In this document: positions 19,030 to 29,098 of the stretch, piece by piece
How positions within the stretch are numbered: position 1 is the first letter of the stretch
Layout: every line of letters starts with the position of its first letter
Assembly (NCBI GenBank): GCA_963663385.2
Contig: CAXXXD010000001.1
Location: 64,001-128,000 of the forward strand
From: Oceanispirochaeta sp.
GTDB lineage: Bacteria; Spirochaetota; Spirochaetia; DSM-2461
Length of the DNA: 64,000 nt
Direction: 5' to 3'
Position numbers and translations under genes: made by a program
The notes under the pieces: model-generated
The model's input: the letters and a program-made list of their open reading frames with translations, nothing else
Databases searched by the model: none
What the model was told of the DNA's origin: nothing

Positions 19030-20813
19030 ATCAGAGCCTCCTGGGAAGAAACAGGCATCCGTACCTGAATAGTCGTACCCTCTCCGGGGATACTGGAACA
19101 GACAAGGCCGTATTCCGGCCCGAAATAGAGTTTAATCCTTTCGTGAACATTCCGGACTCCCATACCCTGCCGGGACAGTCGCGGGCGTTTCTCAAGCGGG
19201 GTTTCCAGGCCCTGAATCATCTCCTCCAACTGTTCCTTGTTCATACCGGACCCGTTATCTGTCACTTCAAGGATAACCAGATCATCCTCCAGGTAGCCGG
19301 AGATGGTAATTTTACCCTCGTAATCCACCTCTTTAATCCCGTGATAGATGGCATTTTCCACAAGAGGCTGAAGGGTAATCTTCAATGTAATCATATCGTA
19401 CAGATCGGGGTCGATCTTCATTTCGTAGGTGAATTTATCCTTATACCGCATTTCCTGGATGGTCAGATAGGAACGCACATGTTCCATCTCGTCCCGGATA
19501 GGAATCAGCTCCCGTCCCTTGCTGATACTGATCCGAAAGAGTTTGGACAGGGCCGATGTCATCTGCACGACCTTTTCGCTCTGGCCCATCTCGCCCATCC
19601 AGATAATGGAATCCAGGGTATTATAGAGAAAGTGCGGATTAATTTGTGCCTGCAGGGCTTTCAAATCACTCTTCCGTTTTAATTCCTGCTCCTGCATATT
19701 GGCTTCCATCAGCTCCCTGATACGGGTAACCATTATGTCATATTCACGGGCCAGCTCCCGGATTTCATCGGTAGCCTTGATCGATCCGACAAGGCGGAAC
19801 TCCCCCGTATCGACACTCTGCATTATTTCCTGCAGCCTGCGGACCGGTTTTGTGATACCAGAGGAGATCCTGTTTGTGGCTAACCCGACAATAAGGAATA
19901 GAATCAGACCTATTAAGGCATAGATAATCTGCATATATTTCCAGTCAGTCACTATATCGCTGTCATGGGTAACACTGACGACATGCCAACCCGTGAGATC
20001 CGATGTTTCCACCATATAGTAGCGGTCTCCGTTTTGATAGAAGGTTACTTCCGGATCATCAATCATGTTCAGGATCCCCGCGATAGGTTCTTCTTTAATG
20101 TTGCTGTAAACCAGCTGCTGGGTGGGATGAAAAACATAATTGCCCTGATCATCAAGGATAAAGTTATACCCCTTCCTTCCAATAACCAGAGACTGGCAGA
20201 GTTCCTTTATCCGGTTGAATTTAAGGTCAACGAGAAGGATTCCCATTATTTTACGGTCTACGGAGGAAAGGATGGCCCGGCTGAGAGACACAACCCAGGA
20301 ATAGCGGTCCTGAATCAGATTCTGGACATAGGAAGAGGAGACTACAGTCGAATCAAACGCCTCCTCTGCCCCCAAGTACCAGTCCTTTTCCATAACAGAG
20401 GTCCAGGGGTTTATTCTGGCTTCGGGATCACTGGGGATAATGACACCGTTATAACCGATGACCAGGATATCCGAAATATCCTCTCTGGCCCTTATATAAT
20501 TGGAGAGGCGGGCCTGTATCAGAGAGACATAAGGGCCGGCATCAGAGGGGGGGACATCTGCCAGAACCGCCTGAATATCCGAATCTTCCGCTACGGCAAG
20601 GGAGATCTGCTCCATTCCCTCTATATAGGAATTCATCTGAAATACCAACTGCTCCAGCATGGACCGGTTACTGTCCAGAGTCGAACTGCGCACTGTATTT
20701 ATGGTGAAATGGAATGAGACAAGCTGCATAATGAAAATAGCCGCAAAGATCATCAGCGTAAAGATGGTGTAAATACGGGAGTCCAGGGTACCAAAACGGA
20801 GGGATTTTTTCAT
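19026..20813 (-). CDS. Sensor histidine kinase, YesM/LytS type (Cache-HAMP-His_kinase)
   Basis: LQAQINPHFLYNTL, LQPLVENAIYHG, DNGSG and GMGVRNV motifs. Confidence 0.92.
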   Translation of the reverse strand: MKKSLRFGTLDSRIYTIFTLMIFAAIFIMQLVSFHFTINTVRSSTLDSNRSMLEQLVFQMNSYIEGMEQISLAVAEDSDIQAVLADVPPSDAGPYVSLIQARLSNYIRAREDISDILVIGYNGVIIPSDPEARINPWTSVMEKDWYLGAEEAFDSTVVSSSYVQNLIQDRYSWVVSLSRAILSSVDRKIMGILLVDLKFNRIKELCQSLVIGRKGYNFILDDQGNYVFHPTQQLVYSNIKEEPIAGILNMIDDPEVTFYQNGDRYYMVETSDLTGWHVVSVTHDSDIVTDWKYMQIIYALIGLILFLIVGLATNRISSGITKPVRRLQEIMQSVDTGEFRLVGSIKATDEIRELAREYDIMVTRIRELMEANMQEQELKRKSDLKALQAQINPHFLYNTLDSIIWMGEMGQSEKVVQMTSALSKLFRISISKGRELIPIRDEMEHVRSYLTIQEMRYKDKFTYEMKIDPDLYDMITLKITLQPLVENAIYHGIKEVDYEGKITISGYLEDDLVILEVTDNGSGMNKEQLEEMIQGLETPLEKRPRLSRQGMGVRNVHERIKLYFGPEYGLVCSSIPGEGTTIQVRMPVSSQEALI

Positions 20814-22372
20814 TCTTTCCGGCTCCTCCGGTACTCCATGGCGGTCATTCCCGTCTGTTTTTTGAAAATAATGGTAAAATACCTTGGATCCGCATAACCC
20901 ACCTGCTCCGCCACTTCGTACCCTTTAAGATCCGTACTGAGGAGAAGTTTTTTTGCTTCGTCCACACGGCAGGCTGTCAGATACTCCACAAAAGTCTGCC
21001 CCGTTCCCTCCTTAAAGAGCAGACTGAACTGACTGGTTGAGAGGTAGAGCTCGTCACAGATGTCCTGCAGGGAGAACCGGTTTTCGCGGAACCTTTTATT
21101 AATAATGGCTTTGGCCCGGTCAATACGGGAAAGGAGCATATCGTTTCGCCGCTTGTGAATCTGAGTGTCGATTTTCTCAATAAACTCCCGAAAAAATTCC
21201 TCGGCTTTATCCAGGGATGAAAAGGATTCAGGTGAGACCGGAACCGGATCCTGATCATCCCGGAACAGTTCCATTTCGTGGGCAAATCCGCTCAGCATAT
21301 AGTAGAATTTCATAAATCCGACATTCAGCTGATCTTCTGTCAGATAGTGGGAGGTCAGGTACTCCCGGAGTTCCTTCAAGGCATTCTGCCCTGCTGTTAT
21401 CCCCCCCTCTTTCAGAAGATCAATCACATTATTGCATTGAGAAGTGAACTCTGCCGTGGACAGATTCTCCCGGCTGGTTATGTCTTTCAGGGAGAGAATG
21501 TGATCCAGTCCCAGGATACGGGAGTACTCCCCCGCCTTGGACGCGCTGTCATAGGAAAGGGATATTTTTTCCTTTCCGTCCACAATATCTCCGCAGCCCA
21601 CTGAAACATGACTTTTTCCCAAACCGGAAATAAAGCGGAAAGCAGCTTCGGCAAGAGCCAGGGACCTTCTGTCAAGCTCGTCCTCGTCTGTATCCTGCAG
21701 CAGCAGGACCAGATCTTCATTCCTGTCAAAAAATATTTCATCCCCCGGCCTGACCTTTTCCTGAAGGGCTTCGGAGAGGGAAAACTGATCCAGATCGTTC
21801 CAGTCCGCAGGGAAACTGATCAGTACGACCCTGTAATAGGCGGAAAGATCTATCAGCCCGAAATAGTCCTTGCGGGTATCCAGAGACTCGACGTTACTCC
21901 CCGATACAAGCCGGCATAAAAACCGTTCCTTTAATAGGGGAAAACTCTGTTCGAGTTTTGCCAATAGGATTTCATGAGCCTTCCTGTCCGCACGCCTGAC
22001 ATCCAGCTCCTCTTTTATGGTGCTGATCACCCTGGAGAGTTCAATCTGTGTAATCGGTTTAAGAAGGAATTCCCTGACCTGGTTCCGGACGGCCTCCTGG
22101 GCGTATTCAAAATCGTCATAGCCTGTAAGGAGTATTACCGTAATATCCGGAAAACGCTCCCCCAGTATACGGCTCAGTTCCAGGCCGTCCATCCGGGGCA
22201 TATTGATATCCGAAAGGACCACATCTACCGGGTTATGTTCAATATACTCCAGAGCCTGCTGCCCGTGTTCAAATACACCGGCCAGAAAAAAACCGTTCTC
22301 CTCCCAGGGAACGCAGCTGGAAATACCCTCCCGGATGATCGCTTCGTCATCCACCAGTATCATTCTATACAT
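20810..22372 (-). CDS. Response regulator, YesN type (receiver + AraC HTH)
   Basis: LVDDE, SDINMPRMDG and VAEQVGYADPRYFTIIFKK motifs. Confidence 0.92.
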   Translation of the reverse strand: MYRMILVDDEAIIREGISSCVPWEENGFFLAGVFEHGQQALEYIEHNPVDVVLSDINMPRMDGLELSRILGERFPDITVILLTGYDDFEYAQEAVRNQVREFLLKPITQIELSRVISTIKEELDVRRADRKAHEILLAKLEQSFPLLKERFLCRLVSGSNVESLDTRKDYFGLIDLSAYYRVVLISFPADWNDLDQFSLSEALQEKVRPGDEIFFDRNEDLVLLLQDTDEDELDRRSLALAEAAFRFISGLGKSHVSVGCGDIVDGKEKISLSYDSASKAGEYSRILGLDHILSLKDITSRENLSTAEFTSQCNNVIDLLKEGGITAGQNALKELREYLTSHYLTEDQLNVGFMKFYYMLSGFAHEMELFRDDQDPVPVSPESFSSLDKAEEFFREFIEKIDTQIHKRRNDMLLSRIDRAKAIINKRFRENRFSLQDICDELYLSTSQFSLLFKEGTGQTFVEYLTACRVDEAKKLLLSTDLKGYEVAEQVGYADPRYFTIIFKKQTGMTAMEYRRSRKE

Positions 22373-22455
22373 GGATTTTCCTTTTTTTAAAACTGTGCTA
22401 TGACAGTATAATCCACTTTAGGAATACGTAAACAGATTTCTTTTAAACCCTTGAA

Positions 22456-23202
22456 TTACAGATTGGAGAGTTCATCCCGGGAAACTTTCGCCTTAAGATC
22501 CGGATCGGCGGAGCGGATAATTTCCGGAAGGTCCCCGATTGCCCCGAGTTTGTCATCCCGGATAATTAAAGCCCCCCCTATGCCGTCAATAGATGCAAGC
22601 CGGTTCAGAACTTCCTCGATGTCGGCATCCGGTGTTACAAGATTCCCCCCCAGGGTGGCAGCTGCGTCTGCCAGGGAGGCGTCATTGGAGAAGATGGTCA
22701 CAACATCCGCATCCCCCAGGCTCAGGGAGTGGCCCATCCGCCCCGAGGAAGAACAGACCGCCAGGGGCATCATATCCGATGAAATTTTCAGGGCCAGAGG
22801 GCCGAACCGGTGGTTGGGGCCTGTAAAGAGTCCCAGGATAACCGGTTCCCGGCAGTCCAGAAAGAGATCCCCCCCGTTCTCGACAATACTTTCCGGAGAT
22901 CCGCAGCGCCGGGACTCTTCCGCCGCCAGCTGGGCCATGGTACCGGCAACGGCAGCCATCGGCCCCAGACCGCTGGCCAGGGAGGCCCTGTGCATACGCC
23001 GGACGGATTCGGGGGCGTTATCCAGATCCTGTACAGAAAGATTCAGAGGAACAAGGGATGTGGAAAAATCCGGACAGCCGCGGATAAAAGCTTCCAGATT
23101 ATGACGGTCCTCCAGAATACGATTGGTAACGCATTCCCAGGCGGAGGTATGGATATGAAAATGGGCGTCCTTGTAGTGGAATTCCCGGATATTCCGCTTC
23201 AT
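22456..23202 (-). CDS. UPF0280/ApbE-like (COG2122) protein
   Basis: GPMAAVAG, IVENGGD, VCSSSGRMGHSLSLGDAD and ADAAAT motifs. Confidence 0.88.
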   Translation of the reverse strand: MKRNIREFHYKDAHFHIHTSAWECVTNRILEDRHNLEAFIRGCPDFSTSLVPLNLSVQDLDNAPESVRRMHRASLASGLGPMAAVAGTMAQLAAEESRRCGSPESIVENGGDLFLDCREPVILGLFTGPNHRFGPLALKISSDMMPLAVCSSSGRMGHSLSLGDADVVTIFSNDASLADAAATLGGNLVTPDADIEEVLNRLASIDGIGGALIIRDDKLGAIGDLPEIIRSADPDLKAKVSRDELSNL

Positions 23203-23248
23203 ACATTATCCTGCCGGCAAATAAAAGGCTGACTATCCGGCTTATTAA

Positions 23249-23677
23249 TTAAAACAGAGAGGAAACCGCACTGTAGGGACAGACCTTTATACAGCTGAGG
23301 CACTCTATACACTCTTCCGATTTAAACACAATTTCCATAGTACTGCGGTCAGGGATGGAAAGGGCATTGGTGGGACAGTGGGGAACACAGCTGCCGCACT
23401 GGGCACAGCGGTCCTTATCCCATTGAACTCCCGTATGGGTAGTATTGATACGGATGTCAAACTCTTTTATAAATTCAATACCCTTTGCAATATTCTCTTC
23501 CGTCCCGGTAACGTCCAGCATCAGAAAACCTTCCTCATCCGGGGTAACCTTGGCTCGGAAGATATTTATAATCAGATCATAATCCTTGACCAGGTGGTAG
23601 ACAATGGGCTTTTCCGCTTCGCATTTGGGAAAGTACAGCATCAGTTTCTTGGTAATTCTTCCGTTTCCGCTGCTCAT
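23249..23677 (-). CDS. NIL domain + 2x[4Fe-4S] ferredoxin (homocysteine synthesis partner)
   Basis: KPIVYHLVKDYDLIINIFRAKV; two CxxCxxCxxxCP motifs. Confidence 0.9.
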   Translation of the reverse strand: MSSGNGRITKKLMLYFPKCEAEKPIVYHLVKDYDLIINIFRAKVTPDEEGFLMLDVTGTEENIAKGIEFIKEFDIRINTTHTGVQWDKDRCAQCGSCVPHCPTNALSIPDRSTMEIVFKSEECIECLSCIKVCPYSAVSSLF

Positions 23678-24858
23678 GCATTACCCTCCTTCATGGGTTT
23701 CATCCCCTGCTCGACAGGCAGGGCGGCAATGGGAGAGGAAAGCAGGAATTTCCCGTCCCGGATCTCTTCCTTCAGAATAGCCGCTATTTTCCGGGCCCCC
23801 GCATAAGAGGAGAGTCCTCCCGTTTCAACCTTCTTTCCATTCAATTCGATCTGACCGGACTTTAAATCCTCATAGTTCACGGTACCCACCACATTACCGT
23901 TCCGTTCGGGGTAATCCTTTGAATAATCAATAACCTGGGCCATAATGTCCCGATCCCGGATGGTCGTCTGCAGGAGCATCTGTTCATCCAGGATGGGGAT
24001 GGGGATGCCCACTCCCAGTGAAAGGGATACGCCGTACCCCTTGAAGCTCACTCCCCTTACAAATTCGGATCGCATCTTTTTCATATCCCCCGTCAGGGCC
24101 AGAGTTCCCGCTCCTTCCGAGGGGACCCCCATAACACCCCGTTCGCATGTCGGACAGTGCTGGGTCCCTTCCGAATAGACATGCCCCTGAGCTCCGGCCA
24201 GCCAGACCCGGGTTCCCACACCGATGGTCCTGTAGAAAGGATCATTCAGAAGGGGAGAGAGCTGCCCGGCACTGGAGTAGCCGCAGTTTTTCATATTAGC
24301 CTTGAGATACCCCAGATAGGTATGAATGGGTTTATCTGAAGTATTAATAGCTACATTATAGTTCTGATAACAGTTGCGGGGGTTTACCATAACCGCCTGA
24401 TTCAAATCGTCAATGGTAAAAGTGGTTCTAAGTTCTTTCCGGGGGTACTCATCCGTTCCGTAGGAAAGGGCGAACAGCTGAACTTCTTCACCGGCGACCA
24501 GTTTTTCAATAACATGCCCGCCGCCGAACCTGAATTCCCCGGGGTAGTCCGTATTGGCCGGATCATTTGCCCGCAGCTGGGTGGCTCCCATATACAGGTC
24601 AACCGCGGCGATCCCGGAATAGGCCAGTACATCATCCAGCCAGGCCTCGGTTATCCGCATCTTCGGCTTGCTGTGTCCGAAGTTCAGGAAACAGCCGGAG
24701 GAACACATGGGACCGAATGTGGCGGTTGTCACGACATCCACCTCTCTGGCAGCCTGTTCCACCCCTTTTTTATCTACATAATCAATAACTTCCTCAGCCG
24801 TCAGAACAACGGCCTTTCCGGAGCTGATTTTTTCATTAATCTGTTCAACCGTCTTCAT
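23674..24858 (-). CDS. Homocysteine biosynthesis protein, DUF39 (L-aspartate semialdehyde sulfurtransferase), without CBS domains
   Basis: KTVEQINEKI, VDVVTTATFGPMCSSG, GGGHVIE, PRNCYQNY and GQLSPLLNDP motifs. Confidence 0.88.
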   Translation of the reverse strand: MKTVEQINEKISSGKAVVLTAEEVIDYVDKKGVEQAAREVDVVTTATFGPMCSSGCFLNFGHSKPKMRITEAWLDDVLAYSGIAAVDLYMGATQLRANDPANTDYPGEFRFGGGHVIEKLVAGEEVQLFALSYGTDEYPRKELRTTFTIDDLNQAVMVNPRNCYQNYNVAINTSDKPIHTYLGYLKANMKNCGYSSAGQLSPLLNDPFYRTIGVGTRVWLAGAQGHVYSEGTQHCPTCERGVMGVPSEGAGTLALTGDMKKMRSEFVRGVSFKGYGVSLSLGVGIPIPILDEQMLLQTTIRDRDIMAQVIDYSKDYPERNGNVVGTVNYEDLKSGQIELNGKKVETGGLSSYAGARKIAAILKEEIRDGKFLLSSPIAALPVEQGMKPMKEGNA

Positions 24859-24959
24859 GGTTATTCAGGATATCGGATTCAACAGAAAAAATCGAGCGGA
24901 ATTCGTTGCTTTAGATGCAATTTATCGGAGGGGTAAAACCAGAGAGTTGCTTCTCCCAG

Positions 24960-25029
24960 CCCCACTCAATCTCCCCAAAGGGGAGACGACAATTCAGTTC
25001 CCCTCCTTTGGAGGGGTCAGGGGAGGCCG
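24960..25029. repeat. 70-bp REP-like twin-hairpin unit
   Basis: 61/70 identical to 34118-34187. Hairpins tctcccc-aaa-ggggaga and cccctcc-ttt-ggagggg. Confidence 0.8.
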
Positions 25030-25046
25030 GGGGAGATCGAGAGGGG

Positions 25047-25805
25047 TCAGGGAACTGTATAACCCTCCAGAGGCAGATCTTCCGTCCGGATCAGTCCGGC
25101 TTCAAGCTGCCTGATAATCCCCATGGCATCGCTCAGGGACCGGATAACAACATCCGCCAGCATCTCACCCAGCAGGGTATGTTTTCCGCAGAAGTGTATT
25201 TCCGGACCGTATCCGGAAAAAATCAGGATGGAATCCGTTCCGGTCCCGCTGGCCCTGCGGCCGGAAACGGGGCTTATCACATCAAAGTCCAGAAGGGTCC
25301 AGGCCCGGGATTCCGCAGCCAGCATCAAAGCTTCCGCCATAGCGGATTCACTTAAGGACGCATTGGTTCCCACAACCATATTGATTGTCCCCGAACCGGC
25401 CTGATGAGCTTCCAGTTCCAGGCAGTCCGCCGGATCTCCCGCCGCCCGGGCGTTTGTTGTTCCCACAGTCATACCGCAGAAAGCATACAGTTCGGATTCC
25501 TGCCTCAGACGCCAGCGGAAACTTTTCATGGAGGCGGAGGTCATCATCCCTGCCAGGGGCTTCCCCAGCCCCAGTTCGCACGCTTTTTCTTCAAGCGTTA
25601 TTTCCGGTGGTTCAAATCCGCCGTATTCATCTGCCGTATTGTGATCCACCAGCAGATTCAACAGGGATTTATGCTTACAGCGCCCTCCGCCGTACAGGGC
25701 GGAAGAGAGGGTTTCGACCGGCTCCTCCCATTCCAGGCAGACACAGCTTTTGTCATGAATCACCTTCATATTGAGAGATCCCATACTGATATTAAAGCTA
25801 CTCAC
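25047..25805 (-). CDS. cbiZ: Adenosylcobinamide amidohydrolase
   Basis: LSSALYGGG, GMMTSA, TVGTTNA, GTINM, ASGTGTDS and CGKHTLLGE motifs. Probable GTG start at 25805 after GGAAGG, overlapping the ATPase stop. Confidence 0.85.
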   Translation of the reverse strand: MSSFNISMGSLNMKVIHDKSCVCLEWEEPVETLSSALYGGGRCKHKSLLNLLVDHNTADEYGGFEPPEITLEEKACELGLGKPLAGMMTSASMKSFRWRLRQESELYAFCGMTVGTTNARAAGDPADCLELEAHQAGSGTINMVVGTNASLSESAMAEALMLAAESRAWTLLDFDVISPVSGRRASGTGTDSILIFSGYGPEIHFCGKHTLLGEMLADVVIRSLSDAMGIIRQLEAGLIRTEDLPLEGYTVP

Positions 25806-26610
25806 TGACAGACCTTCCCGTTTTTTTTCTGCCGGGGCCCAGAATGGGCAGCCCCTCCGGCCAGGGGGGAGTATAGTAGGCCATTTCCGTACCATAAACC
25901 TGACGGACCCGATCGGGGGTCAGTATGTCCTTAACCCTGCCGGCTCCCGCACAAATCCCGTCTTTCATCATAATCACCTTATCCCCATGCAGAAGGGCCT
26001 GGTTCACATCATGCAGAATGGCAATTACCGTTTTACCCCGGCTTGCCTGTTCCCGCAGCAACCGGAGAAGGGTTTCCTGATGGCAGAGATCCAGATGATT
26101 GGCCGGTTCATCCAGCAGAAGAACCTGCGGGTCCTGCAGAAGAACCCGGGCCAGGAGCACCCTCTGATACTCACCGCCGCTCAAACTGTCAACTGGTCTG
26201 TGACGGAACTCCGTAAGATCCGACTCCGCCAGAATATCATCCAGCCTCCTATGGCTGTCTTTCCCTTTCCTTCCGTAAAAACCTTCATGCCTGTAAGCTC
26301 CCATCCGGACAACATCTTCCACAGAAAATCCAAAGGGGGTTTCATTCAGCTGCGGCACAAGCCCCACAAGGGAAGCCCGCTCCCTGTCGTTTACGGAGGA
26401 GATCTTCCGGCCATGGATACGGATCGATCCTTTCTCAGCCTTAAGCCGTCCCCGGATAAGAGAGAACAGGGTGGACTTCCCCGAACCGTTAGGCCCCAGA
26501 ATGGCCGTAAACTCGCCCTTATTCATTGCCAGATCCTTAAGCGAGATCCGGAATCCTCCGGGATAGGAAAAACTCAGATTTTCAAGTTCGACACTCTTCT
26601 GACCATCCAT
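25798..26610 (-). CDS. btuD: Cobalamin ABC transporter ATPase (BtuD/FecE family)
   Basis: GPNGSGKST, LSGGEYQR and LDEPANHLD motifs; B12 riboswitch context. Confidence 0.85.
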   Translation of the reverse strand: MDGQKSVELENLSFSYPGGFRISLKDLAMNKGEFTAILGPNGSGKSTLFSLIRGRLKAEKGSIRIHGRKISSVNDRERASLVGLVPQLNETPFGFSVEDVVRMGAYRHEGFYGRKGKDSHRRLDDILAESDLTEFRHRPVDSLSGGEYQRVLLARVLLQDPQVLLLDEPANHLDLCHQETLLRLLREQASRGKTVIAILHDVNQALLHGDKVIMMKDGICAGAGRVKDILTPDRVRQVYGTEMAYYTPPWPEGLPILGPGRKKTGRSVSE

Positions 26611-27638
26611 CAGGGAAGCCTCCTGGATTTAACATACTGCTTCAGCAGATAGAGAAAGAAAGGCCCCCCCATCAGGGCGGTAATAACACCCACCGGGATC
26701 TCTGTGGGAGCCATAAGGCTCCGGGCCACCAGATCGGATAGGATCATCAGGATCGCACCGGCCGGTAGGGAGAGGCTCATAACCCGGCGGTTTTCCGAAC
26801 CCGCCACAAAACGGACCATATGGGGGACCAGAAGTCCTGTAAACCCGATGATCCCGGAAAAAGAAACGATAGCCGATGTAATGATACAGGCGATTACCAA
26901 TAGGAGAAGCCCCTCTTTTTCCGGGTTGATCCCCAGAGAGTGGGCTTCTTCGCTTCCCATGGCCAGCAGATTAAGCTCCCGGCTCTTAAACAGCAGATAG
27001 CTGACTGTCGGGAAAAGAACGATTATAAGGATTGTTATCCTGAGCCAGTCCGCGCTGCCGAAACTGCCCATCATCCAGAAGATGATCCGCTCCGCCCGGT
27101 CCCGGTGGAGCATCATCAGAAAGGAGACCCCTGCCTGGGCGATATTACTGAAGGCTATCCCCGCCAGCAGAAGGCTCCCTACATTCCCCCGGGAGCGACC
27201 GGCCACAGCCATGATAAACACCATGGTCACCAGACCTCCCGCAAAAGCAGATACGGTTACTCCCAGAACCGGAAAGAACAGCACCGGCAGATTAAGCAGA
27301 AAGAACAGGGCGGCCCCGAAGGAGGCTCCCGATGAGATCCCCAGCAGATAGGGTTCCGCCATGGGGTTCCGGAAAATCCCCTGAAAAACCACACCCGATA
27401 CGGCCAGTCCCGCTCCGGCCAGACCGGCATAGATGACACGGGGAAGGCGGATCTTCATCAGGATGGTGCGGTGGGAATCACTCAGGCCGGATTCCCCCAG
27501 ACTGCCTATAAAGCGGAGAATATCCCGCGGGGCTATGGAGACGGCTCCAATGGAAGCGGCCAGGGGAATCAGCGCAGCCAGGATCAGCAGGAGAAGAGGC
27601 ATAATCCATGTGCGGTTCGACGGATTACTGCTATTCAC
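26610..27638 (-). CDS. btuC: Cobalamin ABC permease (BtuC/FecCD family)
   Basis: IRLPR, FRNPMAEPYLLGISSGA, GIIGFTGLLVPH and EIPVG motifs; probable GTG start at 27638. Confidence 0.85.
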   Translation of the reverse strand: MNSSNPSNRTWIMPLLLLILAALIPLAASIGAVSIAPRDILRFIGSLGESGLSDSHRTILMKIRLPRVIYAGLAGAGLAVSGVVFQGIFRNPMAEPYLLGISSGASFGAALFFLLNLPVLFFPVLGVTVSAFAGGLVTMVFIMAVAGRSRGNVGSLLLAGIAFSNIAQAGVSFLMMLHRDRAERIIFWMMGSFGSADWLRITILIIVLFPTVSYLLFKSRELNLLAMGSEEAHSLGINPEKEGLLLLVIACIITSAIVSFSGIIGFTGLLVPHMVRFVAGSENRRVMSLSLPAGAILMILSDLVARSLMAPTEIPVGVITALMGGPFFLYLLKQYVKSRRLP

Positions 27639-28605
27639 GGATACCTTCGAACAGGAGAGCCAGGGTTTCAAGTCCATCAATCAGACGGGGCCCCTGACGG
27701 ACAAGCATATTTTCATCCAGCTCATAGATCCGCCCCTCCTGCACGGCCCGCAGATCTTTATAAAGGGAAAGAGAGGTAAAGGATTCTTTCTTTCCCAGAC
27801 CCAGAAAGATAATATCAGGATCCCGTTCAACCAGTATTTCTTTTGAAAAGGACCAGCCCTCTTCGGTTGCGATATTCTCGCCCCCGGCCATGGCAATCAT
27901 ACTGTCTATAAAAGTCCCGGCCCCGGCGGTCCAGTCTCCCCCGTCTCCGAAACCAAGGGCATAATAGACGGCAGGCCTGTTATCCCGGCCTTGCACAGAC
28001 AAAAGGACCCTGTCCTTTCTCTCCATCACATCAGTCATCAGAGCCTCGGCCCTGCTTTCGGCATTCAGCAGCACACCGCAGCCCAGGATAACATCCCCCA
28101 GACCGCTGAAATCCTCAGGGCCATAGAGAAGAGCCACGGGGATTCCCATTTTTTCCAGAGTTTGAACGGTTTCCTCCGACACATGAGTCGATGCCAGGAC
28201 AAGGTCCGGTTCCATGTTGATAATCGTTTCGATATTGGGTTCCATCAGCGTTCCGACCGAGGGGACAGAAAGGGCCGCCGGGGGAAAATTGCAGAAATCG
28301 GTCCGGCCGATCAGCAGGTCTCCCCGGTTCAGGGCATAGACGGTTTCGGTCAGATTCGGCCCCAGGGAAACAACCTTTTCCGGGTAGGCAGACAGTATAA
28401 TCTCCCGTCCTTTGGAATCCTTCAAGACAATGGAACCACTAGGTTTTCCAGAAGAAGAAAGATCTGTCGTCCCATCCGGTCCATCCTCAAAAACTTTGAC
28501 TGGTGGACTATCATTCCCGGATTTTTCCGGTTGTCCGGATGAAAAAGCAAATCCATTAAGGGAAAAGATCAGGAGTATGATTAAAAATCGAAAACGGCCT
28601 GTCAT
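27631..28605 (-). CDS. btuF: Cobalamin ABC substrate-binding protein (BtuF family)
   Basis: VVSLGPNLTETVYAL, GRTDFCNFP, PNIETI and RQGPRL motifs; lies downstream of the riboswitch. Confidence 0.85.
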   Translation of the reverse strand: MTGRFRFLIILLIFSLNGFAFSSGQPEKSGNDSPPVKVFEDGPDGTTDLSSSGKPSGSIVLKDSKGREIILSAYPEKVVSLGPNLTETVYALNRGDLLIGRTDFCNFPPAALSVPSVGTLMEPNIETIINMEPDLVLASTHVSEETVQTLEKMGIPVALLYGPEDFSGLGDVILGCGVLLNAESRAEALMTDVMERKDRVLLSVQGRDNRPAVYYALGFGDGGDWTAGAGTFIDSMIAMAGGENIATEEGWSFSKEILVERDPDIIFLGLGKKESFTSLSLYKDLRAVQEGRIYELDENMLVRQGPRLIDGLETLALLFEGIRE

Positions 28606-28641
28606 AAGTATATACCTCGTATACTGAATTCAGATAATTTT

Positions 28642-28797
28642 TCATAACAGGCAGGTTTTCTGGCTTACAGATCAGCAGCTGATTCCCCCTTCCCGGTTTC
28701 CCAGTGGCGAAAGGCATAAATACCCCGGAAACAGCTTCCCTGATTACAGCGGCGGGACCGCAGAGGCATCTCACCTCACTTCCCTATCCTGTATGAT
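28642..28797 (-). ncRNA. Cobalamin riboswitch controlling btuFCD-cbiZ
   Basis: Minus strand AGGGAAgtgaGGTGagAtgCCtctGCGGtcCCgCCGCTGTAA...GCCACTGggaaaCCGGGAAGG...AAGCCAGaaaACCTGCC. Confidence 0.9.
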
Positions 28798-28963
28798 GGA
28801 TTCTATGAAAATAAAGGGATACACTCTTTCCTGTCAATATTGTAATTCCATCATTCCCGAAAGATATAGTCATGCCCCAGGCTGAGTAATAATTTACAAA
28901 ATATCACCAAATAATTCATAGATAATCCCTTGAAGAGAGGCTTACAATACGAAATTACTTAAA

Positions 28964-29098
28964 CAATATTTCAGAGGAAGTCAGGTGAGAAACCTGCACG
29001 GACCCGCCACTGTAAGGGCGTGACGCTTTCCGCATAACCACTGGAACAATCCGGGAAGGGCGGAGGAGTAGACCCCGAGTCAGGAAACTCTGGTATTG
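28964..29098 (+). ncRNA. Cobalamin riboswitch controlling the lipoprotein/TonB-receptor operon
   Basis: GAGGAAgtcaGGTGagAaaCCtgcACGGacCCgCCACTGTAA...ACCACTGgaacaatCCGGGAAGG...GAGTCAGGaaACTCTG. Downstream CTTCC(29170-29174)/GGAAG(29183-29187) could sequester the RBS. Confidence 0.85.

Noticed and set aside
24857..25355. ORFs of 85 and 146 aa containing PLNLPKGE/PSFGGVRGG and SPPLEGSGE
   Set aside because: These are translations of the REP-like repeat and of antisense cbiZ, not credible genes.
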